DNA of 20,000 nt from Trichinella spiralis (Eukaryota), in the NCBI RefSeq assembly GCF_000181795.1, contig NW_003526941.1, forward strand, positions 10,997,825 through 11,017,824, in the 5' to 3' direction. Of this stretch, positions 1 through 11,000 are shown piece after piece. Made by a program: the position numbers and the translations under genes. Every line of letters starts with the position of its first letter. Positions within the stretch are counted from its first letter, which is position 1. Below the pieces are notes generated by a model, which did no database searches, had not been told where the DNA came from, and saw only the letters and a program-made list of their open reading frames with translations.

Positions 1-214
1 TATGCACAGTCGTCGGATGTTGTCAAAACGTCCGGCAAGAAATCCGCATTTGTCCGAGGCTTGTGCGATTTGGCGAGCGTTGAACGCCTCAGGCAATGGA
101 AGGCGAAACTGCCATTGGTAAATAGAGGGCGGCAGCAAAAGAATTGCCATACTATTATTACTAATGAACAAAATCATTTGCCTACGCTTTGGTCTTCAAA
201 CGTGGAAATACCAA
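1..214 (+). CDS. Partial coding exon (YAQSSDVVKTSGKKSAFVRGLCDLASVERLRQWKAKLP...VEIP), candidate upstream exon of the LZTS-like gene
   Basis: Frame 1 is open from base 1 and is GC-richer than the flank. Strong donor A|GTGAGT at 215 in phase 1, which is compatible with the phase-1 acceptor at 7832. Confidence 0.5.
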
Positions 215-2949
215 GTGAGTGTTATTTATTTATTTATTTATTTATTTATATGCCTAACTTTTAACTGTTTATTATCAGTGGATGGATAATTTTTTAAATT
301 TGACATATTTTATCACAACACTTTAATTGCAACTTTATTGTAACATTCATTCTATAGCGTATTATCATTTCACTTCTTATCTATCTTTGGTCATCTGTTA
401 GCTGAACAGTTTTGCTGTTCGAGATTTTTCACTTTAACGTTAGCGGTTTCATTTGCTCGTCAATTTCTTTCTTCTTTTTGCTTCAGTTTATCAACTGCTG
501 AAATTCGGGTATTCATTCATATTTTTTTTCACTTGGTCGTAGTGTAATTTTTATTTTTCAAAAATATTTCATTCACTCATCAATAGCTTGCAGTGTAATA
601 AACGTTGCATCTACAAGCTTCATAGGTTATATATTCAACTCTGCTTTAGAAATTAATAACAAATAAAGGTTTGCATTAGATTTTTCTTGGAAGAATGTAA
701 AGCGTAGATATACTATTATCATTATATTAACGTATTCTGGGTAAATTTTGTCACGATCAATTTTAGAAACACACTTTTGAGAGTTTTTTGTTGTTGGTTT
801 TTTAAAGCATTTAATTCTTATCGATGTGGATAGACACACAATTTTCTGCTATGCATCGACCGACATGTTGTATTTTTATTTTTCAACTTTAGCAGCAAAA
901 CGACAAATGTGCTGTTTTTGTTTGTGAACAAAAGAGACACGAATTTGATACGAGCAACGTTTATTGATCACATTTTAAGCATGAGCACCAGCTTAGCAGC
1001 TGAATGACATGAAAATTGAATTTCAAACATCACTGTGCGCTTTCTCGTTGCTGAAAGCTTTGCCGGGTGGGTGGTTGATTTGCAATAAATGAAATTTCAC
1101 AATTTTACAATATCAAATATAAAATATTTCTAATTTAGATCAATTTTTCCAATGAAATAATTATCAGAGTTTAGAAAAATTAAAAATTTAATTAAAAGAA
1201 AAAGATAAGCGTACATTTTAGTTCATATTGTAATTTTTTTGAAAATTAAGTACATATTGTTGGCCGCCAATGGCAGAGAAATTGACTAGTATTATGCTGC
1301 TGCGCATATTAATGAAATTGTTTTCATCACAATCGTTTCTATACATTAGTGTTTTTTTAGTTTTTAATTATATTTTTGTCGTGCACTTATTGGGTTTATA
1401 CGAGTCGGTGACTTATACAAGCGAAAGGTTTGCAATTGAGACAAATTGAAATGGTGGTGCACGCATAATTTTAAACTGGATAATTTTTTGATTAATTTAA
1501 ACTTTATTGTTTGTTTTCCTTTTATTTATAAATATTTTGTTTATGAATAATACAGCCTAGTAGGGTAGGGTTAGTTAGTAGTAGTTAGTATTGTTGGATT
1601 TGCATTGAATTTTCTTGGCAATTGCTTTTGGTTCAACACTGTTTGCTGCTGTTGATTCAGTGCGGGATGGGGTTCATTTATTCGCTTTCGGTAGTTGTTC
1701 TAATCGGTTTAGCATTTGTTGCTCATTTGTTTACTCTCTCTCTCTCTCACCGCTTTTCTTCATGAACGCTTGCCATTTCGACTCTTCATAATCTGCAATC
1801 CAGATGCAAATGGCTGTTTTGATGGCCAACGTTGATCAAAATGGGCTTATCCATTTTGCATATGAATCTTGCCCGCATGAGCAATAGCAACAATGTTGAG
1901 CTTCTTTAACTCAACTGCCGGAAAATATTGGCAAATTCAACAGTAGCTGGTTGTTCATCAAGACATTTCAAAATGATTTAACTAAACAATATATATTTGA
2001 CCAATTTGAAATGTTCCGTTTCTTTTCATATTTCTTGGTTTTTCTTAGAGAAACAAGAATGTGGAACTGATTTATTAAAAATAACTAAATAATAAGCGTC
2101 TAATATAGTTGTAGCAGTTGGATATTTAATTATTTAACGTAGTTAGTTGCAGCTGATTGTAGAAACATGGTTTTGAGGACATGGCTATATATACATATAT
2201 AATGGAAGAGTCAGTGTAATTTTTTTTATTTACACAATGCTTTTACCCAAACGAATTTGATCACTCGATTTTATTTATTTCTTTTCACTCTGCCAAGCTC
2301 ATTTTACGCAATTATTATGTATTTACGGTGAAAATTTGCAATATTTTTCGTTTACATATAGTGTGAGAAATTCTCATTGTGTGTTGTTTGTGTTGTTGCT
2401 TACAATTGCTTGAAATCAACGAAATTATATTCCCCTGTGGCCTGTTTCCAGATGTTAAAATGGTGCAGCTGTTTGTTATTGATAATTGCTTAAATTTGCG
2501 CAAAACATACAGCGTTTGTTTGTTGTATAAAGCTAAAGAAAACAATCGGTCTAGCCGTTGGCTGTGCTTGCTCAGTGCAGAGAGTGGAAATGCTTGAAAA
2601 TAAAATTCCTACTGAATGCAATGAAGTGTGGTGATTGGTCATTATTTTGAGACAAGAGAACAAAAAGGACAACCAAGTGTCAGTTTCAGTTAAGATATTA
2701 TAATTAGCATTGAGCTTTTTTCTCTGGCCGACGATTGACCAATCAACTGAATAATGAACCAACCCCTGTGCACACCGGTCGATCGATGTTTTCCCAACTA
2801 TGTCACAGAACGTCATAGTGCTTCTATTGAATCGATGCAGAAGTTGTCGTGCCGTCGTTGCTGTTGGATGCGGTGAAATGTTGTACTTTTGAAAGCAGCA
2901 CTGTTGCATCTTTTTGCTCATCTTTTGCTACTGTTGCTCAAAGTTGGAT

Positions 2950-2973
2950 TTGTTTGTTTGTTTGTTTGTTTGT
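2950..2973. repeat. (TTTG)n microsatellite
   Basis: Read directly from the sequence. Confidence 0.85.
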
Positions 2974-3035
2974 TATTTTGTGTTGTGGAAATAATTAACA
3001 GTAGAAGAAGAAGAGCAGAGAAAAGAAGAAAGAGA

Positions 3036-3123
3036 ATGTCACTTTTGCACGATGTACGAAATTATTTGTCGCTCAGAAATTACACCAGGCGTCCAGCTCG
3101 TCGTTTTCAACATCATCCCACCG
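3036..3123 (+). CDS. Candidate alternative first coding exon (MSLLHDVRNYLSLRNYTRRPARRFQHHPT)
   Basis: ATG follows a purine-rich leader, with an upstream AG at 3000-3001. Phase-1 donor G|GTAATC at 3124 is compatible with the 7832 acceptor. Confidence 0.35.
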
Positions 3124-4153
3124 GTAATCGTTTGTTGTGTAGATGGTGCGGTTGAAGTTCAAAGCTAATAATTTTCAGAGCTTTCACATCTTTTATTTTT
3201 GCATTTGGTACAGTAGTCCACCGTTTGCTTTTCTTTCATTCTGTTCACTTTTTCACAACCTTTCGAAACTGGTATATCTAAATTGAGTTGCAGTATTTTG
3301 CAAAAGAACTTGCGCAATAATCGATGTTTGCGGTTATTTATGTTTCTTCAAAATTATGTTGCTGTCGTTGTTGTTGTATGTCGCATTATATAACTATGCA
3401 TAATTGCTAGCGAGCCAGCCTCCAATGCGAAAGTTCACTTTGAAATAAAAAATGGTCGACGCGTTACTCTTTCGGGCAGAACTGTGAATTGAATGGGTGA
3501 AATTTGTCAGGGGATTTTTCAAAATTTTATTTCAAATTTATTTTTCTCTTCGCCACATGCTTTTCCTCTCAGCTTGAACGGAGTTATGCTTTAAGAGAGG
3601 GGAAAAACACTTTTTAAAATTGAATTAAATGTACAAAGTAGTGGTGGTGGTGATGTTTTGTCGAAGTAAGCAAGCAGCAATTTTCAGAAGGTGACGGTTT
3701 TGGTTCTTCGTTCTCAGGATCAGCGTTATGCTTCTTTTTTTTTACTTTTTGCTCTCCTTTATCTCTGTTGAAATTACCATAGAAAAAAGTATACTGTTTG
3801 TTTGTCTGCAATGGTAAATTGTTTGTTTCGACATTGATAACGGTCGAACATAAATTATTGAAAATATTATTTATTGAATAATGAATTATGATTGTGAAAA
3901 AAGAAGAGATAATTCAAAAGATAACGTGTTCTATTTTATTCAGTGGGTAGTGCATGTGGTAGCATTACATTTTACGAGTTGTTCAATCCTCAGTTTCAAT
4001 AGAATCAAGTAGCAGTAGCAGGTGCGCTGCCGACGTGTTGTGCTGCATCTTTTTGCCGATTGAAAACTCTCATATTGACATATCATTGCCTAGAGGATGT
4101 TTCAGAAATATTTGTTGAATATCTTTATGTAGATAATTTCATCATGTAGCAAC

Positions 4154-4174
4154 GAATGAATGAATGAATGAATG
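4154..4174. repeat. (GAAT)5 microsatellite
   Basis: Read directly from the sequence. Confidence 0.9.
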
Positions 4175-6955
4175 TTCAGTGTAAACTTTTATTTATTACT
4201 ACTACTCGTTTCATGGTTACAGGTAAAATAGCAAATTGTATTTACGCCCATGTGTAAGAGAGATTGTTAGTTCAGAATGGTTTTGGGTTGTTCTTTTTCA
4301 ATGGTAAAGCTGCATTTGACGATAATAATACAAAGAAGAGGGGCTGTTTAAAGAAGAGCAGTTTAATATTTGATTGACTGCTCAGTCGGTCTCGGTCGTG
4401 CAGCTGTTAAAACCGAAGCAAATTAATTCAACTTGGAAAATGCAGCAATTTGGAAAAATAATTTTTCAACGATACGACCTTATTTTGAAAATTGAATTAA
4501 ACAAATTGAATCACTTATTTAAACGACACCACAGCTAACCATCAGTTGATGGTTAGCATGTAATTTTTTCCATTTCCAACATGTGGTTCGCTTTTTCTTT
4601 TGGTCGTTACATGAATTACTACGAGGCATAATTTTTTTTTATTCTTAGGCAATTTGTTCCACCAATTTACTGAATAATTAGTTAGTTCATGTCGGTTTGT
4701 AGAATATTTAATATATTATCAGTTTTAAAAATTCAAATTCTACCCACCACATTCATAGCTAATTATCTCCATCTAGCTGTTAGAACAGAGAAATGGAAAA
4801 CAGTGTTGTTATTACAGAGATAACAAAATGGAAATAATATATGCTACATTAGATGGGCTAATTTTTTTTTTCTTTGCATATTCTGGTGGAATTTTTGCTT
4901 CAGTAAGTTGAACGGAATTGCGTCGCTGTGGCGGCTGTTCAAAAGGAAAGGGAAGAAAAAATCGAAAAGCATTTGCTGATTTTAATCTGCACAAATTAAA
5001 CTATTGAAAGCGTTTGATGAGAGAGAGAGAAAGTTGAATTTGTTTTCGCAAAGAAGCAGACGTTGGCAAAGCGGTGCTGCTTGTGGATGCTTGCTTGTTT
5101 TGCTTATTGCATGCGGTAGAAGCAATTTTCATAAATTGAACCTGCTATTCTTGGCAAGGTCATCCGTTATTATTATTATTATTATTATTCATGCTGTCCA
5201 AATGATGGTAGAAGGGCAGACAGTTTGGAAGCAATTTTTCACTTTGGAAAATTAAGCCATGCTTATTCCACTCACTTTGCTGAGATGATTCATTCGATTA
5301 TGTTTATTTTTAATTTGTTTATTGTTTGTTTGTTTTTTCAGTTTTAAATTTTTAAGCTAAAGTTGAAGGGAGGAAAAAAGCACGAATTGCTGCTGTTATA
5401 TTTCTTGTGGATATAAAGATATTATATATATAAATCTTTGCGTTCATTCAATTCTGCAGGTTTGATTCTTTTCACAAGCAAAGCTGATCATATTTCTCCA
5501 CCGTAAACAAAATAATTATTCCCTAGTGAATTAACATTTTCCAAGCACAACTGCTAATTTTTTTTTAATATTCGGCAAAAATATCAATTCTCTCTCTATT
5601 GCATATCGATTTCGATAAGTAGTGATTGACGAAACGACACTTGTATTTTCAATGTTCGGGAATAAATTTATTTTAAAAAAAATTCAATTTTTCTCAATAA
5701 TTTCTTATTGCAAGTATAGTAAATAATATGTATTGTTTTTTTTCATTCGTGGATCATAAAAAATAGACTCTACAGTAATTTCCCATAATAAATCAGTCAT
5801 TGTGCAGTTATTGCATCCTGTTTTACAATTGGGTCGTCCAGTTCTATGCTGTTCTCTTAATTTTGTATCTTTGCTGCGCACTACTTGATTGTTTACTCAT
5901 CACTGCAATAAATGCTGTTCTGCATTCTGTATCCGGATTTTCGGTGGGGTTTAATTGCAAACATTATAGCTGGCTAGCTAACTGTAGCTGAACAACATTT
6001 ATTACCATACTCATTTCACCTCCCAACCTCTTTCCCTCTCTCTCTCTCTGATCATGGTTTTCAATTTTGACATCTGTCATCGATTTTATGGCAGTTTCTT
6101 TCTTTTCCTTTTCAGCAATAAACATTCTTGAAATATTTTTCTGATGAATCATTAAATTGTTTTGGTTTTTCTTTTTCAATACTTGTAGAAAAAATTGAAC
6201 ACTGTACTTTTTATCTTGCTTTATATCTTTCTTCACTTGTGTAGATTTTTATTTATTTCAAAAAAAAGATCTGCTTAAATACTTTTGATGAATTTCCTTG
6301 TGCACTTCAAAAAATGGATATAAATTTGCAAATTAATAAAAGTTAACAGGTTATTACAAATTGATGTTATTTTTTTCGTATATATTTTTCTTCTGCTGAC
6401 AATAGAAACTTTAATCGGCTTGATTTATATTTAATGGCGCAAGCATTTTTGGGGACAGTTGGTTTACTAATCGGTATCTATTTGAAATTTTGCAATTTTT
6501 CTGAAAAGTCGTCATCCATCATTTTTTACAGTGAGATGAATGAAGATAAGTTGCATTACAACATTTGTTTTTTTTTGAATTTATTATTTCTTCTTTGTGC
6601 TGATGTGCAGATTTTAATTTGTCAAAATTAGTTTGTTGGTAAAATGGACGTTTCAATTATCTTACTTGATCAAGCAAGTACTCGAGGTGACGAACGTTGT
6701 GTTGTATGTATATATTATCATCATCATTGCAACTTTTTTGATCGGAAATAGTGATTTGATTGATTTTCCAAGCTTGCTTATGCTGGCATTACAGAGCAAG
6801 GAAAAGCGAAGAGTTGGGAGTGAGATCTTTTTGATTTCCGCTTTTGGTTTTTTTTCTTGACACCGATGATGTAGTATATTTTGATCCTAGTCGAAGGTCA
6901 ACCGGATTCTTGCGCATGCATGGCACACTAGCCGGAGCTTCAATTGGCCAGATGC

Positions 6956-7016
6956 ATGATCATGAGCGCCATCTGGCGTTGGTCAAGCAGCTGTGTGATC
7001 GAAGGCCGTTCGGCTC
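6956..7016 (+). CDS. Candidate alternative first coding exon (MIMSAIWRWSSSCVIEGRSA)
   Basis: GC-rich island 6891-7016 follows cctAG. ATG at 6956 lies after an in-frame TAG. Phase-1 donor C|GTACGG at 7017. Confidence 0.3.
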
Positions 7017-7832
7017 GTACGGGAAATATTTGCCACGTTGTGCTTTTCGCATAAAATGAGGAAAAAAGCAATGTGTTTTATCATAGAATGATGAATGCTT
7101 TTCTTCTCTTTCTCTTGCTCGCATGCTTGCAGTGTACAGTTGGGCGAGTGGTGTTGTATGAAATAATAAGACGAGTTAAAGTGCTTCATGATTCGTATTA
7201 TTTTTTCTTCTCTTATATATATCTATATATTGGGTGGGGTTTGTGAACGATGATGCTTGACCAACCAGTGAACCAACCAGTCACCTGCTATCGGTTGGTT
7301 ATCTCAGCTAGTTGTTGTTTGCTTTACTGATCGTGTACAACTAACCAACGAGGTCGGGCCAACGACCATCATCACCGACAGTCGAGCTAACAAGCAGCAA
7401 CTGGAAGCGAACTTAGCTAGTAGTCGCTTTTTCTGTTTATATCTATAGGCTGAATATCTCTCTTTCTCTCTCACTCTCTTTACTGACTTGACCAACGCTG
7501 GTGTTTGAAAAATCCAACAGCTATCTCTTTAAAAGTGGGGGAAGAGAGAAATAGAAACATGTGTGACATGTGCAAGCAGGCGCGCACAACTGCTGATTGT
7601 CATCTACGCATCCTTCTTCTGATTATTTTACTTTTTGCTTCTTCTCTCTAGCTGCTCGGCTATATGGAATTGATTTGACTTTTGATGACTATGATGATGA
7701 TGATGTTCATTTACAATTTTTTCTTTTTTCTTCTCAAATAATAATAATTAAGGATCAATTTAAATAATGTTTTATTGATTATTTTTTTATACAACAAAAT
7801 ATGGATGAATAAAAAGTTTATTTGATTTACAG

Positions 7833-8035
7833 GTCGACACAGTGCAGCTTCGATGGGTGAAGAGGGAAATTATGATGTACCGGTAACTCCGAATCGTTTG
7901 GAAGCCACGACAACTGAAAAGGAAGAAGCTTGCCTCCGAAGTGCTCGCTTGGTGAACGCATGTGCTTATTACAACAACAAAAACAACAACAGTCAGTGGC
8001 AAGAGGCCAAGCGGCATGCGGCCCATACTCGGCAG
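7833..8035 (+). CDS. LZTS-like exon (xRHSAASMGEEGNYD...AHTRQ)
   Basis: Acceptor tttacAG ends at 7832. The frame is open, with ATG at 7853. The exon ends at CAG|GCAAGT (GC donor at 8036), in phase with the next exon. Confidence 0.65.
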
Positions 8036-11000
8036 GCAAGTGCTCCACTACTGGTCGATGTGCTGACCTGAAGAACAGTTCGACAAAGGTTCGGCTCATC
8101 TCCATTTTTCCTGTTTTGCTCCTCTTTTCAGGGTCAAGCGGTGGAGTCGGCCACGAGCAGCAACAGCAGCGTTGGTGACCCGTCGCTGTTGCAGCAGAGT
8201 CGTTGCTGCTACTTCGTGCCCAGCTATGCGTCCGAGCCGCGTTCTTCGGCTTACGACAACGCCGAAACGTTGATGGCGACGAGAAAAATCCACTGCGCAG
8301 CTTCGACTGGTGAACGTCGTCCTCAGCTGCTCGAACATCATCATTCTGCCCAACTGCATCACCACCACCACCACCAAGCATCATATCAGCAACAATCGCA
8401 AAAATCGAATTTATACAGACAAGATAGTGGAAGGCTACCACCACCCAGTCGACTTGTCGCTTTTGGAGGAGTTCCAAACAGCACTGTGAGTATTCGGATT
8501 GTTTTTTCTTTGATTTTAATTAATTTCATGCATGATAAAACTGAAAATCTACTACTACTACTACTGGCACTAGTGAATTTTTCTTTTTACTATTTTTATT
8601 TTCTAAAAACAGTTTATCTGCAATAAATAGTTCTCCAATTTGGGATATGCAGGCAGCTTGCCATCGCTCGTATTTTATTTACATTTTCTGTCGACGCATA
8701 TGAGTTGTCGAAAAGTAATCATTAGCGATGGATATGATGATGGTCTTGGAAACTTAATTGCGCGTTGTGCAATTTTAACTAGCTTTTATACTTTCGGTGA
8801 TCAATAAGAAGAATTTAATTCAACGTCTTCTTATCATCTGTCTGTCTGTTTGTCTGTGTCTGTGTTTGCTATTCTTATGGAATTGAACGAATTATCTACC
8901 CAACGTACAATTATGATTACTCAACTCAGCAAATATATCTCGTCGTCTTCTGCTTATTTTACTTGTCACTTTTATTATGCTTGCTACTAATGTAGTGTCT
9001 TTTGTGAAATGAATTCTTCCAATCGGTTGATGTAATGCTGTTTATTAATTAAGCTTGTAGACTTTTTTCAATTTTCATTAATTTTTTCAATAATATAACA
9101 ACGAAATTGATTATGATAATTGTTGAGATAAATACATTTAAATATTGCCTTCAATTTTCAGCAATGAAGGAAGTAATAATTACAAGAAAAAACAGTATGC
9201 AACATCATTTTTTGGGGGATTTTGTTTAATTTTAAAATGGATTTTCCAAAAGGTACATTTATTCGTTTGTTTGTATTCATTACTATTCAGTAATTTTTTT
9301 TATAATTGATGTATATAATGTAGCAAAATTATCCATAATTGCATACTATCATAATTCAAGTGAACCCTGATTGCGGTTGTTTTTTTTCCATTTCAAGCAT
9401 ACCAGTAATGCTGGTTGCTGATGCTGACAGTTTTGGTTGTAGGGGATAGCAAATAGTCGGTTTCAGTCAATTGATTTCATTTCATTGTGAAACCAATAAT
9501 AAAATTTCATCATTTTTTCTGTTCAAGCAATTACAAAAAAGTTCAGTGCATTATGCTTTCATTCAAATCATGAAGTTATTTATTTTTTACTTTTATTTTT
9601 ACAAAAAGGAGGAAAACCTTGAATTCTTTTTTTGTAATTCTTGAAAGTGAACCAACCCCAACAGCTCCCGCCGAGTCTTTTTCAACATTGACCTTCAAGC
9701 TTAATGTATTATGTATCTCATGAGTAGGCACAAACACAAAGTCACAATAGAATGGAATCAAGTCATTCAACTGTGCGTTTCGAAGAAAACGAACCCAGTG
9801 AACAAACAACATTTCATTGTTTATACTGAACATTATTACCAAAAAATAAGCATAGAACGTGCACGACATTTGTATTCATCACGTGAATGAATGCTACAAA
9901 AAAGAATACTTTTTTCTTTGAAACAATTCTTGCATATTTAAAAATATCCATTATTATATATGTTAGAGTGGACGTGTTTTCTTTTTTTTTGTTAAAATTG
10001 TTTCAAAGTGCATGTAGTTGGCAATTTTATCATTCATTATCCACCATAGCCGTAATTTGGAGAAAAATAGCTTGAAATGAAAATTGCCCATTACTAAGAA
10101 CAAGAATGCAGCTACTACGCTGCTGTTGCTGCTGCTGCTGCTGCAGCTGGTGTTGTTGTTGCTGTATATTTATCAGTTTGTTTCAATGTTTGAGAATAAT
10201 TAATTTTCTTATGTTCAAATTTTTCAAATCATGATCTCAAAAGCGCATAAGAATGACTATCTGAAAAATAATTTTCATTGTTGTTTGTGGAAATTTCATA
10301 AATATTAATCCATTTTTGCTTCAACCATTGGCGGCGAATTCTTTCTCCTCTGCTGGCAGATTGGCCATAAATATAATAGAATGACAGCAGCATAAATTCT
10401 TTACACTCTTTTCCAATTTTGCTTTTCTGTTTCATTTTGTCATCTCATTCATCATCTTAAGCAGTGGATGCTTTTTTTTCCAAGCAACGTGCATCTTAAC
10501 AAACACTTTGTTGTTTTGCTTGTTGTTGTTGCTAATAATATTTCAATAGATTGTGATCGATTTTTGACACCTTTTTGTTTCAAAACTTAAACAGCGCTGA
10601 AAACAATTTTACACATTGTGTATTAAAAATTAGACAAAATATCTTTTATTTTTTATTTTTTGTATTGTATGATGAAAAAATTAATCCGAGAATTGAAATA
10701 TTGATTGTCGTTGCAGGATCACAAAAATTTGGTTAAGCCTTCTGCGTTTCGTCCGGTTCAGTCTACTGTATGGCAGACAGTCAGGGCGGCGCCGGTAGAA
10801 GCCGTAGTTAGCTTGGATAATACGAAAAGCTCATCGGCAAACCCAGTAGCACCGTTGCGATTTCCAGTTGGCGATGTGGAAAAGAGCAGCAGTAGCCCGG
10901 CAGATCACCACCCCCATCATTATCCACAACAACAACAACAACAAGCCGGTGATGCATTGACCAGGGTGTTTGTAAGCACAGCAGCGACGTTCATTGCCAA

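Noticed and set aside
627..6860. Numerous 60-143-aa ORFs in the AT-rich region
   Set aside because: Their low-complexity, microsatellite-driven composition, alternative start codons and lack of splice support are consistent with intronic or intergenic DNA.
7827..8477. 216-aa minus-strand ORF and other overlapping ORFs at 7787-8377
   Set aside because: These are antisense or alternative-frame shadows of GC-rich plus-strand exons that have proper splice sites.
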